Below are positions 1 through 12,600 of a stretch of 32,765 nucleotides of DNA, one piece after another (the stretch's first letter is position 1; each line of letters begins with the position of its first letter). Location: the NCBI RefSeq assembly GCF_021028975.2, contig NC_059434.1:44888001-44920765 (forward strand), written 5' to 3'. A model generated the notes under the pieces. The model ran no database searches. It saw only the letters and a list, made by a program, of their open reading frames with translations, and was not told the origin of the DNA. The stretch is from Sphaerodactylus townsendi (lineage: Eukaryota). A program made the translations under genes and the position numbers.

Positions 1-304
1 ACGATGGGGGTGTGGCCGGGCATTCAGGGGGTGGGGCATTCCTGGGTGGGACTGTGGCAAGGACGCAGCCGCTGCGCCAGTCCTTGGGCGGGAAACGAAT
101 GCACGCAGGCGCAGGCTGCCATGCACGCCGGTGCACCTCCTGCTAGACTGCTTCAAGTTCTGTGCGCTACTGCTGAGAGGAGGGGCGTAACTAAGGCAAA
201 AATCACATGGCAAAATCACCAATTAGTAACCCCCTCTCGGCACACACAAATAATTAGTAACCCACTCTCGGGAACCTGTGAGAACCTGCTGGATCCCACC
301 TCTG
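1..304 (-). mobile_element. hAT-like non-autonomous DNA transposon, one end (truncated by the window edge)
   Basis: Ends in GGATCCCACCTCTG; its reverse complement matches the terminus and subterminal sequence of the element at 23091. Confidence 0.75.
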
Positions 305-546
305 GGTAGAGACACATGAAAAAAGATGTCTATCACCATGATTTCTAGTTTGACACTAAAAGTGGAACAATATTCATTATTGGTATTGCTAGGTGATGTA
401 AACTGCAGAGAACAAACAGAATCAAAATGGAATTGTTAATATTCAAAATGGCCCCAAAGAAACCCATTGCAATATGTTTCCATGACTATATCAATTACAT
501 GTTGGAGGCTAAGTGCAGTAGGAAGCCAGCCCTGCACCACTTAGTT

Positions 547-677
547 GCAGCTTTGGGAGGGTCGTACATGGAACAGTAAGGGAGGTAGGGGACACCTGCT
601 TAGCCAGCCAGGTCAGCTGACCCAATCCTGGCAATCAGTAGGGTAACAGATGTCACAGCCAGTTAGCCTTTACAACC
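547..677 (-). pseudogene. 7SK snRNA-derived retrocopy, 5' ~130 nt only
   Basis: Reverse complement GGTTGTAAAGGCTAACTGGCTGTGACATCTGTTACCCTACTGATTGCCAGGATTGGGTCAGCTGACCTGGCTGGCTAAGCAGGTGTCCCCTACCTCCCTTACTGTTCCATGTACGACCCTCCCAAAGCTGC is collinear with the 5' end of vertebrate 7SK as I recall it (GGATGTGAGGGCGATCTGGCTGCGACATCTGTCACCCC...), with CpG decay. Confidence 0.9.
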
Positions 678-2218
678 ATTGCAAATGTAACAGCTATTAA
701 AAGGAAAAAAAGTAGTTAAGAGTGAGAATCAGTGTAGCCAACAAAAGGACTAATTATTGTCAAATGCTTGAGAAAATAATATCCTTACCTGATAACAGCA
801 ATACTAAATAATTAACACTTGTATACAACTTCACATACATGGTGTTATAATTCGTACAATAACCCTGTATATTAGGTGAGTATTAATATCCCCATATGGA
901 AAACTAAAGCAGAGAACGCTTGTCAAAGCCCTATCTCTCACTATCTCTCAACACAATGAGGGTTATCAAGCCCAACATAGCAGTGATTTCATAGAGCAAG
1001 TCTTTCTGTAATGTCTTTCTTCTGAATGGGAGTAGCAACCTGTTTGTTCCCAGAAACACAATTGGGTGTTTGAATCTGAGAGAGCGGCTGTCAAGCTGGT
1101 GCACGATAATTTTTTTTAAAATCCAATTTATTATCTACAAAATTGTGAAGACAGTGCTGAATCAGCTCCTTTGCAGCTGCTAGAAAGTGATAGCTGAACT
1201 GAAACAAAGAAACTAACTGTAGTTCCCAATATTCCTTTGTATTATCAACAAGGTGCTAAAGTTGTACAAAATGTGCTTATGTGATGTACTCTAGATGTGC
1301 TCACATAGCATTCAGCCATGGCTAAATTCACAGCAGCCAGTGTAAACTCTGATTCCATCATAAGTATGTTAACATAGTGTGCTATATACTTCAGATAACT
1401 TCTTTGATGTATAAATACAAACAAAGTTTATACACAGACTGTGTTTAAATGACCTAAATTGTCCTAGTTTATTACACATGTTTTGGTAACAGCTTTATAA
1501 ACAGGCATTACACATCTCTATCTTGCTAAATGTAAACAAAATGTTTTTTCATTTTAACATGAAAGTTTAAGATAACTTTCCAGTGCTGCTTTGAAGAAGC
1601 AAACTAACAGATTGAGTCAAAAGGTTGTTTATATAACAAGTAAGTTACACAGGCTCTATCTGACTTACAACCTTTTGAACTAACTAACCAATTATTTTAA
1701 AACATAAATACTAATTTCACCTTTCTTATCAGCTGGGAAAAAGAACACAGTAAACTCTTCCTTCTCTCTTCATTTGTATTAATTATTCAGAGTTTCTTGA
1801 GAAATCAGTAAATAAACCATAATCAATTGCACACACATACATAATTGCATTTGCCTTCAAAATTGAATTACCTGTTCTTTCCTTTTAAAAAAATCACTCA
1901 TTTTCTAAAGGGTTGACTCCACATGAACAAATGACCAGGGCCATAAGTGGTGTGCACAGAATTCTGCCCCAAACAGTTTACTGCATGTGGACTGGGGCTG
2001 TGCAGACAGGTAGTGGACATTACTGAGTCTCTATCCTTTGGAAGGCATGAGTTGTAGACTCCTGTGCATATGGTCCTTGATTTAGATCAGTACTCTGACA
2101 TGCCTGAATATGGGGCTTCAACCTTCCCCTGAGCCATTTTCCCAACCTGAAATAGTAGTCCCATGGGACACTATTCGGTAGGGGAAACTCATGTGTTCTT
2201 AGGTAATTTCCCCAAACC

Positions 2219-2483
2219 CAGTGCCGTGGGGGGGGGGGGAACTGCCGCCCAGGGCAAAATGGCACCTCCTCAGCGTGCCCTCCGTGTGCCTCTCAACACA
2301 CCTCACTTACCTTTAAAAGTGAAAAGGGCAGTTTGCTCCGGGCTACGGGGCTTCTCTGGGCCACGGGGGCTGCTCCAGGCTGAGGTGACGGCCTGAGGGG
2401 AGGGGTGGGGAGTGATTCTCCATCCCCCATGCCTGCACCCAGGGCATTTGTCCCCCCCCCCTGCCGTGGTAGCTCTGCCTATG
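2219..2483. mobile_element. GC-rich hAT-like MITE
   Basis: CA...TG ends, 8-bp target duplication CCCAAACC (2211-2218) / CCCAAACT (2484-2491); shares GCCCAGGGCA-type subterminal motifs with other copies. Confidence 0.75.
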
Positions 2484-3319
2484 CCCAAACTCATGTGGGT
2501 TTGCCCCTCAATAGGCTCCATTGGTGCAATCCAGATGAATGATAAGAAATCATAATGATCAGAATGTGTCAGAAATACCTTTTATGGTTACTAAAGTATA
2601 TACTAAACATTTTATACATGAAACCTAGAACTTACATTGATAAAACGTTAGAGGGAAAAGATGAAGAAACCACCAGGACTACTGATTTGAATAGCAGACA
2701 AATGTGTATGGAACTGGCTGAGACTTAGATTTAATAAATAAATAATAACAAAAGTATTGTGTTGAGATAGTGTTGAGTATTGCATTGTGTTGTTCATTAT
2801 CTCTGTTGAACCTACTATCTATTTCTCTGCATAACTAATTTAGATACTAGTGAAAAGCATGACACTCCTTTTCCATTTTCAGGGTCACCAAAAACTAAGT
2901 CTTCTGGATAGTGATAAGGAAAATTCCTAGACTGGTCCACTCTTTCTGGACAAGATCCTATAACCAGCATCCAGCATCACTCAGGAACACCAGGCCTTTT
3001 TGGGATGTCTGCCTTGGAAACTCTTTCCATGTGGTACAACTAACAGGTTTACTAGTAAGAACTGAGTCCTTTGTCCTCAGAAGCTAAATTAATTAAAAGT
3101 TGGGATTGGATCCATAATTTTAAGATGACATTGTGTTCCTTTAAAATAGCACAGCATTTTTTATTTGTAGAATACTGGGAATCAATGATCGCATATATGT
3201 ACCACTATATTCCTCTACTTTCGTTCTATCTCTTTCATTGTCTGGTCTTTGAGAGATTGCACCAGTTTTGTTACAGATGGTAACTGGAGTGATTGCTCCA
3301 CAGGTCAATTTGTCGTAAA

Positions 3320-3597
3320 GCTGGACTTGCGGGAAGTGGTTCATTTATGTGTCATACATTGGTGCCGAAATGGGTAGGAGCCAGCAAACTCTGGAAACGC
3401 CCACACACTCAGCCAGTAAGAGGCCACCCTCCCTCTACCATGTTCCCTGCCTATTTACTACACAGTAGCCATCTGATGAGTTTCAGCTGGTCCCTTAAGC
3501 TATTGCGGTGCTCTTCAGAGCATAAGATCTGATCTCAGAAGCCCTGAAAGCTACATTGGTTAAATACTGCCTCTTCAGAGTTTGGGAGCTATACTGA
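3320..3597 (+). promoter_or_regulatory. FGG proximal promoter / 5' UTR region with candidate IL-6/STAT3-type elements
   Basis: TTGCGGGAA at 3327-3335, CTGGAAA at 3391-3397 and a TATA-like CATAAGA near 3523. Fibrinogen gamma promoters are known to carry CTGG(G/A)AA IL-6 response elements. Motif match only. Confidence 0.5.
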
Positions 3598-3660
3598 ATG
3601 AAAATGAAATTCAGCATCTGGGTGTCTCTTCTAGCTTTTCTATTTTCAACTTGCACTGCA
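3598..3660 (+). CDS. FGG: FGG coding exon 1 (signal peptide [21 protein letters not shown])
   Basis: ATG at 3598, second in-frame ATG at 3604, hydrophobic signal, donor GTAAGT at 3661. Confidence 0.92.
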
Positions 3661-6600
3661 GTAAGTGGGACTGGACAGAGTGAGAATCTTTTTAAAGAAT
3701 GATTAAGTAATCACCAAAGTAGCAAAATTATTGAAAGTGCCTTTTTATCTTTTCCACTTAGTATGTTGCTACCAGGGATAATTGCTGCATACTGGATGAA
3801 CGATTTGTAAGTCAATGTCTGTTTTATTTGTGTACTTATTACAATTATAATTACAAATGGTAATAAACATGGTTATAATATATTTACGCTTTAATTGGAT
3901 TACTTAACTGCATGCAGCATTTAAAAATTCCTATTTTGTCTATTTTTACCTATGTGCTCTTCATCTCTCTTCCAGTCTGCTATCCATGGCAGACAAATCT
4001 AATGCATGTGCAGGAAGGGAGAAATTCTGTAATATGACTAGTACATAATTCCTGTTGTTTAACATGATTTAATTTATGCCAATAAAAGTCTATGGATGGA
4101 TGGAACATGATTTAAAATTTTCTTTCTCTTTAGGGTAACTATTGCCCTACCACATGTGGCATTGCAGATTTCTTAAATAGGTATCAGCCTGAGACAGATC
4201 AGTATCTCCAAGTACTTGAAAATATGCTGGAGCAGATCTCAAATTCCTCAGCTTTAACAGATCAATTGTTTAATCAGATCCGAAATGCAAACATTCTGGA
4301 CCGAACAACTCAGCCAAGTAAGGACACACAGACCACTATAATGTAATACTTCCCAATATATAATGTAATACTTCCCAATATCATTATATGATATATGAAC
4401 TGCTGCTATAATGTATTTTAGTGTTTTTATTGGTATATTATTTTATGATTTTACATTGTAAATGCTTTCTATGTTTATTGTAAACCGCCCAGAGCCCTCC
4501 GGAGGTTGGGCGGTCTATCAAGTCTAATAAAATAAATAAATAAATAAATATATTCAGCATTATATCACTAATGTTTTATATACCTTTGTGTATATTCTGC
4601 AGATGTGGTTACAACTTATACTCAAAAATCCAGAGACATCATTAATGAAGTCACCAGATATGAAAACACTATTGTGAACCATGAAAATACAATACAGTAT
4701 GTATCTTTTCTAATATGATGTCAGAATGCAGACCAAATTTTGCTGTTTGATTTTTGCTGTTTTCAAATTAGATGGTCACACACAACTTGTACTGTTAAGT
4801 CAAAGAAAATGTTGGCGTTCTTACATTGCACTTTCCTATGTCTATGCTTTTACATGCCTCAGATTTGCATGAGATGTGCCAGGTATAGAAAATCAGTGTG
4901 TAAAAATACAGTAAATGGTACTATAGGTATTTGTTGCAAATTTTCAATGTGGCAGGCTTTGCTGATAGGAGACTGTTCTGTAGGTCAGAATTTATCAAAG
5001 TGTATACTTGTATTGATTTACAGAATATCCTAAGGCATGGGTCTCCAACATGGTGCCTGTGACCATCTTTTCTGATGCCCACCAGATTTTTAGAAAGTGG
5101 GCAAAACGGGGGAGGGGGGGGCTTTTATCCAGCAAGGCTTCTGTTTAGCCACTGGATATTTAATTGGCTGTGCAGATTTTTAAAAATGTTACTTTGGCAG
5201 CAGCTGACACCACAATACAATGATTGTCCTTGTGTGATTGAAGATAAGCTGGGGCACCCATTCTGTGTCTGCTTCCACCACACTAAGGCAGATTCCGCAT
5301 GAGTCAAAAACAGCAGTGTGAAAACAGTGTGAAAAAGGTGTAAAATGGTTTAAAACAGTGTAAAAGGGTTTACACCGTTTTCACACCACTGTTTTTGGCC
5401 CATGCGGAATCCACCTATGTTAAGAGTTCCAGATGTGTATACAGGTTCAAAAAGGCTGGGGACCCCTGTCCTCAGGCATGAGTTCCATGATTATTTTTGC
5501 AGTGATTTATATTAACAAATTGTTATCGCAGGGCCTACGAGTTAAAGGAAGAAACCTGCAAGGGATTATTTAATGTTTTCTCTGTATACTATTTTCTTAC
5601 CAAAATTACCACCTCCATTCTAAACCTGCTATTATGTGCCCTGGATAAAATAAGATATTGGTACACATAATTTCCTTAGCAAAAATAAATGTGCTGGAAG
5701 GTGAGGTGGTAAATTTTTAGATGGGAAATTGATATAAGGGGAAGAGTTGAAAAACCTTCTCCATCCTGTGCCTCTATCCATCACAATTCTCTCAGCTGCA
5801 TTTTGTCAACAAATGCTGTAAAAACAACTGCAGAGCTAAACATAACATATAGCTCTTCCCCTTGTTCTATGATCCCATACTGTTAACCATACTGGCCTGA
5901 TGCTGCATTTGTAACAAATTCGGTTAATTTTCTCTCTTGATTTCAATGAGCCATTTTTTGCAACATTTTTCAAAAATAAAAAAATAGTCTATGCATCCCT
6001 TGTGTTGCAATATACGAACCTGTACAGTGCTGATGCCTCTAGTTTAAAAGCATATTTGAAATATTTTAATTTACTATTTTCTATGCATTTAACAAAATTA
6101 TGATTAGTATTACAATTTAGTATTTTAAATGGTTATTTCACTGATCTTCCAAAAATATTGCTTTCAAATTGCCATGACTCAATCATTTTTTCCTAAATGT
6201 GAGGAGCAAAGTGAGATACATAAATAATATTCAAGATGTTCTAAGCAAAGTTACATCCTTAGAATAGACTTAGGAGGATGTAACACTGTTAGGATTGCTC
6301 TGCTAATGTTCGTGCTGCATACATATGTTTTCTCATGGTGAAGTATATTTCATCATTTTTTTAGCAAGGCTCTTTAATAATTCCTCTGAGTTTATAACCC
6401 CTCCAGTTATATGTAACATGTATAGTTATGAACCAAACTGTACATCTGCATACTTTACAAAAGGCAGAGGCGTACGGGGGAAATGGCACCCAGAGACAAT
6501 TCCTCTGGGCGCCCCCCTGCACAGCCCTGCATGGACATGGCCCTGCCCCCAAGACACCCCCCCACTGGGCTCCCTGCAGCCCAGCTTCTCTCCTCAGGGC

Positions 6601-9600
6601 CCACGCCTCTAATCCCCATCCATGGCCTCCCTGCTTTTAAAAGCATGTCACTGGAGGCCATGCTGCTTCTCTCCCCAGGCTCTAGGGAAAGAAGCTGGGC
6701 TACAGGGAGCCTGGCAGAGGGGGGAGGCTGGGGTGTCAGGAGGGGGCGTGGTCTTAGGCCTCCCTCCACGCTCACATCCACAACGACATGGGTGGAGCAG
6801 AGGATCCCGAAGATGACCAGGCAGCAGGACTTCCTGCTGCCTGGTCGTCTTCCTGGAAGCATCTGGTCACATGGGGGACCGATTTTGCACCCCCCATGTG
6901 ACCAGGTTAGCTGCGTCCAGGGACATGGGTTACCTCTGACAAAAGGAAAAAACAAACTCTTTGGAGTCCTGTGCTGTCCATATATTTTGCTATATTTTTG
7001 AAACTTTGATAAATTTTAGAACAACAGGTTCAGATTCAAATAAAATGCCTCATGGAATTTTTGAATTTAAATGACCTAAGGAGGAGATAGAAGCATCTAT
7101 CCAACTACATTCCTGTTCACATTTAAATAAGACTTACTTCCAAGTAAATATGGGATTGAACTAAATCATGTGTTTTGGAATCAAATGCTTATTATATTAA
7201 TTTTGATATAACTCACCTTGTTGCAAGTGTACAGGCATAAAAACGTACAAGATGGATACTACTCACAGATCTACCAATTTTTATACATGAAAAATAATAT
7301 CCATCAATATCAATTATATGTAAGGATCCTAATTTTCAATTGATTGGCTTTATTTAACAATTATTTTTAATTTTTTTGTCTATGAGTACCAAACAAAATT
7401 GTAACCCTGTGAGCTATAGAAATTACCACAATCAGACCGGCTGACACTGATGAGAACAGTGAATGCAAAGTTGTATAAGCCTCTTTCACAACCATGCAAT
7501 GCCAAATTATTTTGATTTAGATAGATTTAAACTTCACTTTAAGAATATTCATTTGTATTGCATCCCAGTAGTTTGATTTCAGGGGTGTTATAGACTGATG
7601 TAAAATGACATTGCATGTGCATCCCAGGCATTGCATGTGCATCCCTTTTCGAGACCGAGTGCCCAAATTGCAACACAAAACCCACTTATTTATCGCCAAG
7701 TGCCAACATGGCAATTTAACCTGAATACTGAGGTTTTAGTTTAGAAAAACCGTTTGGCTCCGAGGTGCACGTTACTCGGGAGTAAGCTTGGTGAAGCAAC
7801 TGGTCAACACTTCGAATGGGTGAATCACGACTCTAGGAGGGTTTACTCAGAAGCAAGCCCCATTGCCAGCAACCGAGCTTACTCCCAGGTAAAGGATCAT
7901 GCCCAGGCTAGCCTAGATGTGTGTGTGTGGGGGGGTGATTTTCCGCCCCCCACATGATGACCTCTGTGCACGTGTGCCCACAGAAAGGGCTCTGAGTGCC
8001 ATCTCTGGCACCCGTGCCATAGGTTCGCCACCGCTGAACTAGAGCTTGATCTTTTTACAAAGTGGAAACCAACTGCATACATTTCCTCAGCGCCAATGTG
8101 GTGTAGTGGTTAAGAGCAGGTGAGGACTGGAAAACTGAGTTTGATTCCCCACTCCTCTGCTTGAGTGGCAGGGGCTTATCTGGTGAACCAGGTGTGTTTC
8201 CACACTCCTACATTCCTGCTGGGTGATCTTGGGCTAGTCACAGTTCTTCAGAACTCTCTCAGCCCCACCTACCGAACAAGGTGTTTATTGTGAGGAGAGG
8301 AAGGGAAAGGAGTTTGTAAGCCACCTTGGGTCTCCTTACAGGAGAGAAAGGTGGGGTATAAATCCAACTCTTCTTCTTCTTCTTCTTCTTCTTCTTCTTC
8401 TTCTTCTTCTTCTTCATTTAATTAGAAAATGATTATTTTCTTTGCCTCACACTTGGTTCTTGTATTTATTATACCCAATGTATTTATTCCTATACCACAA
8501 GAGTTGAAAAGCATGTCCTTCTAACATTATTCCAGTAAGACCAGTACTTAATTTTGATCTAATCTCCAGATTTTTAACAGAAATGGTGGTATCCAACAAT
8601 GACAAAATTGCAGCATTAAAGCAGAAGACTGCTCAACTTGAGGCACAATGTCAGCGGCCATGTCAAGACACTGTCCAGATACAGGAACTGACTGGAAGAG
8701 GTATAAGAAATGCTTAACTATTCGCAGTATAACAAACTGATACTTCTGGGCTGAAGTACTTGAGTGAGATCTGCTTTATCTTAATGTATTCTCAGTCATG
8801 AGGTTCATATATTTGGTAAGAATTAGCTCTGAATACAAAGGTTGCTGGACTGAGACCAATTTAAATAACCGTCTCTATTATGGATTAAAGGGCAGACAGA
8901 TCGGTAGGCTTCTGAGGTCTCTGTATATTCCCATTTGTAATTCTGTTTTGAATTAATTTCTAAACACACTTATCCACCAGCAGTTTCATCAGGCATTAGA
9001 GATATATACTCACAGGTTAATATGTTTAGAAATGAAGTCTTAGGGGTTGATAGGTATGTTTTCCAGATGTTTAAAGCTATTTCAAAGATATATATGAAAA
9101 CTTTATATATGAAAACTATCACCACATTAATCAGTGTGAAAACTTTAAGCACTTAAAAGATTGCCTCAAACATAAAAAATCAACAACAAAAAACATGAAA
9201 ATGGCAGATTACCATGTATGATCACTATGCATACATAACATTGTGTGCGTGTGTGTGTGTGTGTGTGTCCGTCCGTCCATCCGTCTGTCCGTCCGTCTGT
9301 CCGTCCATCCCCAGGAGCGAGGGCAGCCCCCTCCCCGGACTCCCGCAACCCCTGACACACTTCCCCCATACTCCCCAACACTCACACTCAGAATATTTTT
9401 CTGCTGCCAAACCAGAATGTCCTACAGCAGATAAGAAAGAAAACCTTTGTTCAGGCTTGTACTACTTCTGTGCTGGTGGGAGCTCATACACAAAATCCCT
9501 AGAGAGCTAGAATATCAGTAAGAGACAAAAGCCCCCTGACATCTATTCTTATTTATGCAAGAAAATGTTTTGTATGGAGGAGCATGCAGTTATATCATCT

Positions 9601-12600
9601 CGGCAGGACATAAATGAAATGAATTGAAAAGTAACAATTTAAATAAGCTGAGTTTTTAGTCTTGCATGGGTAAATCATGAATATGCTGGACTGTAATTAA
9701 ATTACTGAGTATTGCATATGTTCATTTATTATAGATTGTCAAGATATTGCTAACAAAGGTGCCAGGCAAAGTGGCCTCTACTTTATCAGACCTCAAAAAA
9801 CCAAGGAGCAGTTTCTGGTCTACTGTGAAATTGATCAAGCAGGCAATGGGTGGACAATTATTCAAAGGGTATGTTGTCTGCAAACTGACTACATTGAACA
9901 GGAAGTTGAAGCATATTGCTTTTGTTAATTTACTCTTCCTCTTTTTGCTCTAATTTATTATTAGAGGCTTGATGGAAGTGAAGATTTTAGGAAAAACTGG
10001 ATCCAGTATAAGGAAGGATTTGGACATCTGTCACCAAATGATCAGACAGAATTCTGGTTGGGAAATGAAAAGACCCATTTAATAACTACTCAGTCTGCTG
10101 TTCCATATGCCTTAAGAATAGAGCTGGAGGACTGGAGTGGCCAAAGAAGGTATAGCACTATAAGAGTTGTTCAGTGATCTTGCATCGAGTTTGTTATCTC
10201 CAGAGATAAATGTGCACATTGCAGCAGACAAAACTGCAGCCACATGCAGCTTCCAGATACTTCAGTAAGCCCATTTTCTGTGTGGTATGATGGTTAGAGT
10301 GTTGGACTAGGATCTGGGAAACCAGCTTCAAATTCTTATTCAGTCATGGAAACTCACTGATTGATCTTGGGCTACTAAGGTGGATTCTGCGCAGGGCAAA
10401 TATAATGAGTGTAGGATACAATACAAACTGTTGGGGGTGGGGGACTTCACACAGGTCCCATCCCCAAAATGAGTCTGCCCTGTTTTATTTCCCTCAACTC
10501 AGGATTTTTGAAAATCACTAAAACAGCAATCCTTTTGCAAAATCCCGCGCGAACAGCCAGGCAGAAGGCACTATATTTCCCTCCCTTTCACTGAGCCGAC
10601 CACAGTGAGGGAGAATCCACAGCAATACGTTCATTATTGCCTAGCCATTACAAGGAGGCCCCTTTTTCTTTTATCTTTTTCTCTTGCCAAAATCTGCAGT
10701 TAAGAATTGTACTTTGAACGCATCTGGCAGCCTATTATGCAGTAATAAAAATATTTGTATCCATCTGATTCAATATATATTGTTATTTCATCTCAAGACT
10801 ATTTTGGCTTCTGCAGCTTCTGCCGCTTCCCAGATCATTTGACACAGGAATCTCTTCAGGAGTCCAAAATCAGCTTTTTCACATTAAAATGTAATTAGTA
10901 CTGTGGAGTGACTGTCCCTGTTTACCACATTCTGCCTGATGTATGCCTGATAATCCAGATCTAAGTGATACCTTGGATGATCAAGAGTGCATCAGATAGA
11001 ATGTGAGCACTAATGGTCCAGAGCCATAACAACTCAAAAGAAAACTGCAGATAGAGAATTGCCTGGTGAAATTCAGACCCCATCCTGTACTGTTCCTTGG
11101 TCTTGTCATTGTGAACTCAGCCTTGGAGCATCTTGCCCCTAAACTTCCTGGGACCTTTTCCCAGTCCTCTGCCAAAATAATGCTTTCTATTCCTTAAAAT
11201 CTGTATGAAATTTATCTTCCCAGCCAGAATGACAACTTTTCATTCTCTCATGAAAGCCGAGCTACAGTATTCTGACAGGTTTGTTCCTGGAACAGATAAA
11301 ACATTTATGAGCATATAAACTCACAAAATTGGCTTCAGTGCTTCACCATTGCAAGTACAACACAATATTATAGGTTTTAATTGTAAAGAAGGCATATCAA
11401 CCAAAAGAAGCAATTGAAACATTTCCAACATATTTCTCTTGGACATTATTGCTAAGCGCTGTTGAAAGGCCACTGATATACCTCAGTGTTCTTTTGCTTG
11501 ATATGATATAGAAAGGGTAATTGTTTTGAACTAAAATACCACATTCAATTATAAATGAATAAACCATTGCTGACTATGATGTAACCCAGGGTATATTTGC
11601 AGAAATATATTTCAAAAGTAATTTAAGCAGTAAAGGAAGTATATTACTGTCGGCACTAACCAAGTAATGGGGATCAAATTATTCCTGTTCACTTGTGCAC
11701 CTTCTGAGATGAAATACACTACTACTGAAATACTGGTAGAATGGATTGCTGTGGTTTTAGGGGATATGTAAGAACACGTTCCAGAGTACTTTCTGTAAGA
11801 GCTTGTATCAAGTCATCCAATTGACCACACTTTTAATATTTAATAGTTTTAATGTTTGTTTTTAACAGCCATGCAGATTATGCTCACTTCAAACTTGGAG
11901 CTGAAGCAGATAAATATCGTATGATCTATGCCTTCTTTGTTGGAGGTGATGCTGGAGATGCATTTGATGGCTTTGATTTTGGGGATGATCCAAGTGACAA
12001 ATTTTTTACTTCCCATAATGGCATGCAGTTCAGTACATATGACAGTGACAATGATAAATATGATGGCAACTGTGCTGAACAAGATGGATCTGGTTGGTGG
12101 ATGAACAGATGTCATGCTGGTCACCTCAATGGCAAATATTACAGAGGTAATAAAATTGATATTCCTGAGTACTTAGGGGATGCTCTCTTCCATTTTTCTC
12201 CAATCTCCTGAAATTAGACCATAAAATTAGACCCTTCTCAACTGTAGCATCTTGCTTAGAAAGGCCGGACTCGTTCTGTCTGAAGTTTTCAAGGAGCAGT
12301 TAAGTTTTTTTTTTTTTAGCATAACAAATCTTTGAAGCGTATGTAGTATGAATCTTGCGGCTGCTATTTACAATATATACCATGTACTCTTCTGAAGACT
12401 TCATATGCTATTTTTAGTACTATGATTTTAATAAGCTGCTGTTGGAGTCTGACTAAAACTATAAGGTGGACTATAAATTGAATAAACTATTCATTGTTCC
12501 ATTGAGAACAGACATGTATGCATGTGTTTAACATTCCATTCATATTTATGCAAGGCAAAAATCTTTAACTTTGGCTGGGCTGGACTTCATTTTTTTTGAG

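Noticed and set aside
6325-7001. Cluster of overlapping ORFs up to 172 aa on both strands
   Set aside because: They fall in a GC-rich MITE bounded by a perfect target duplication; no recognisable domain and no splice context.
8571-8580. Alternative acceptor TTTTTAACAG inside FGG exon 5
   Set aside because: Use would remove 11 nt and frameshift the protein; the upstream AG at 8568-8569 keeps the frame.
9166-9510. ORFs with alternating CV/HT/DGRT repeats
   Set aside because: Translation of a compound microsatellite.
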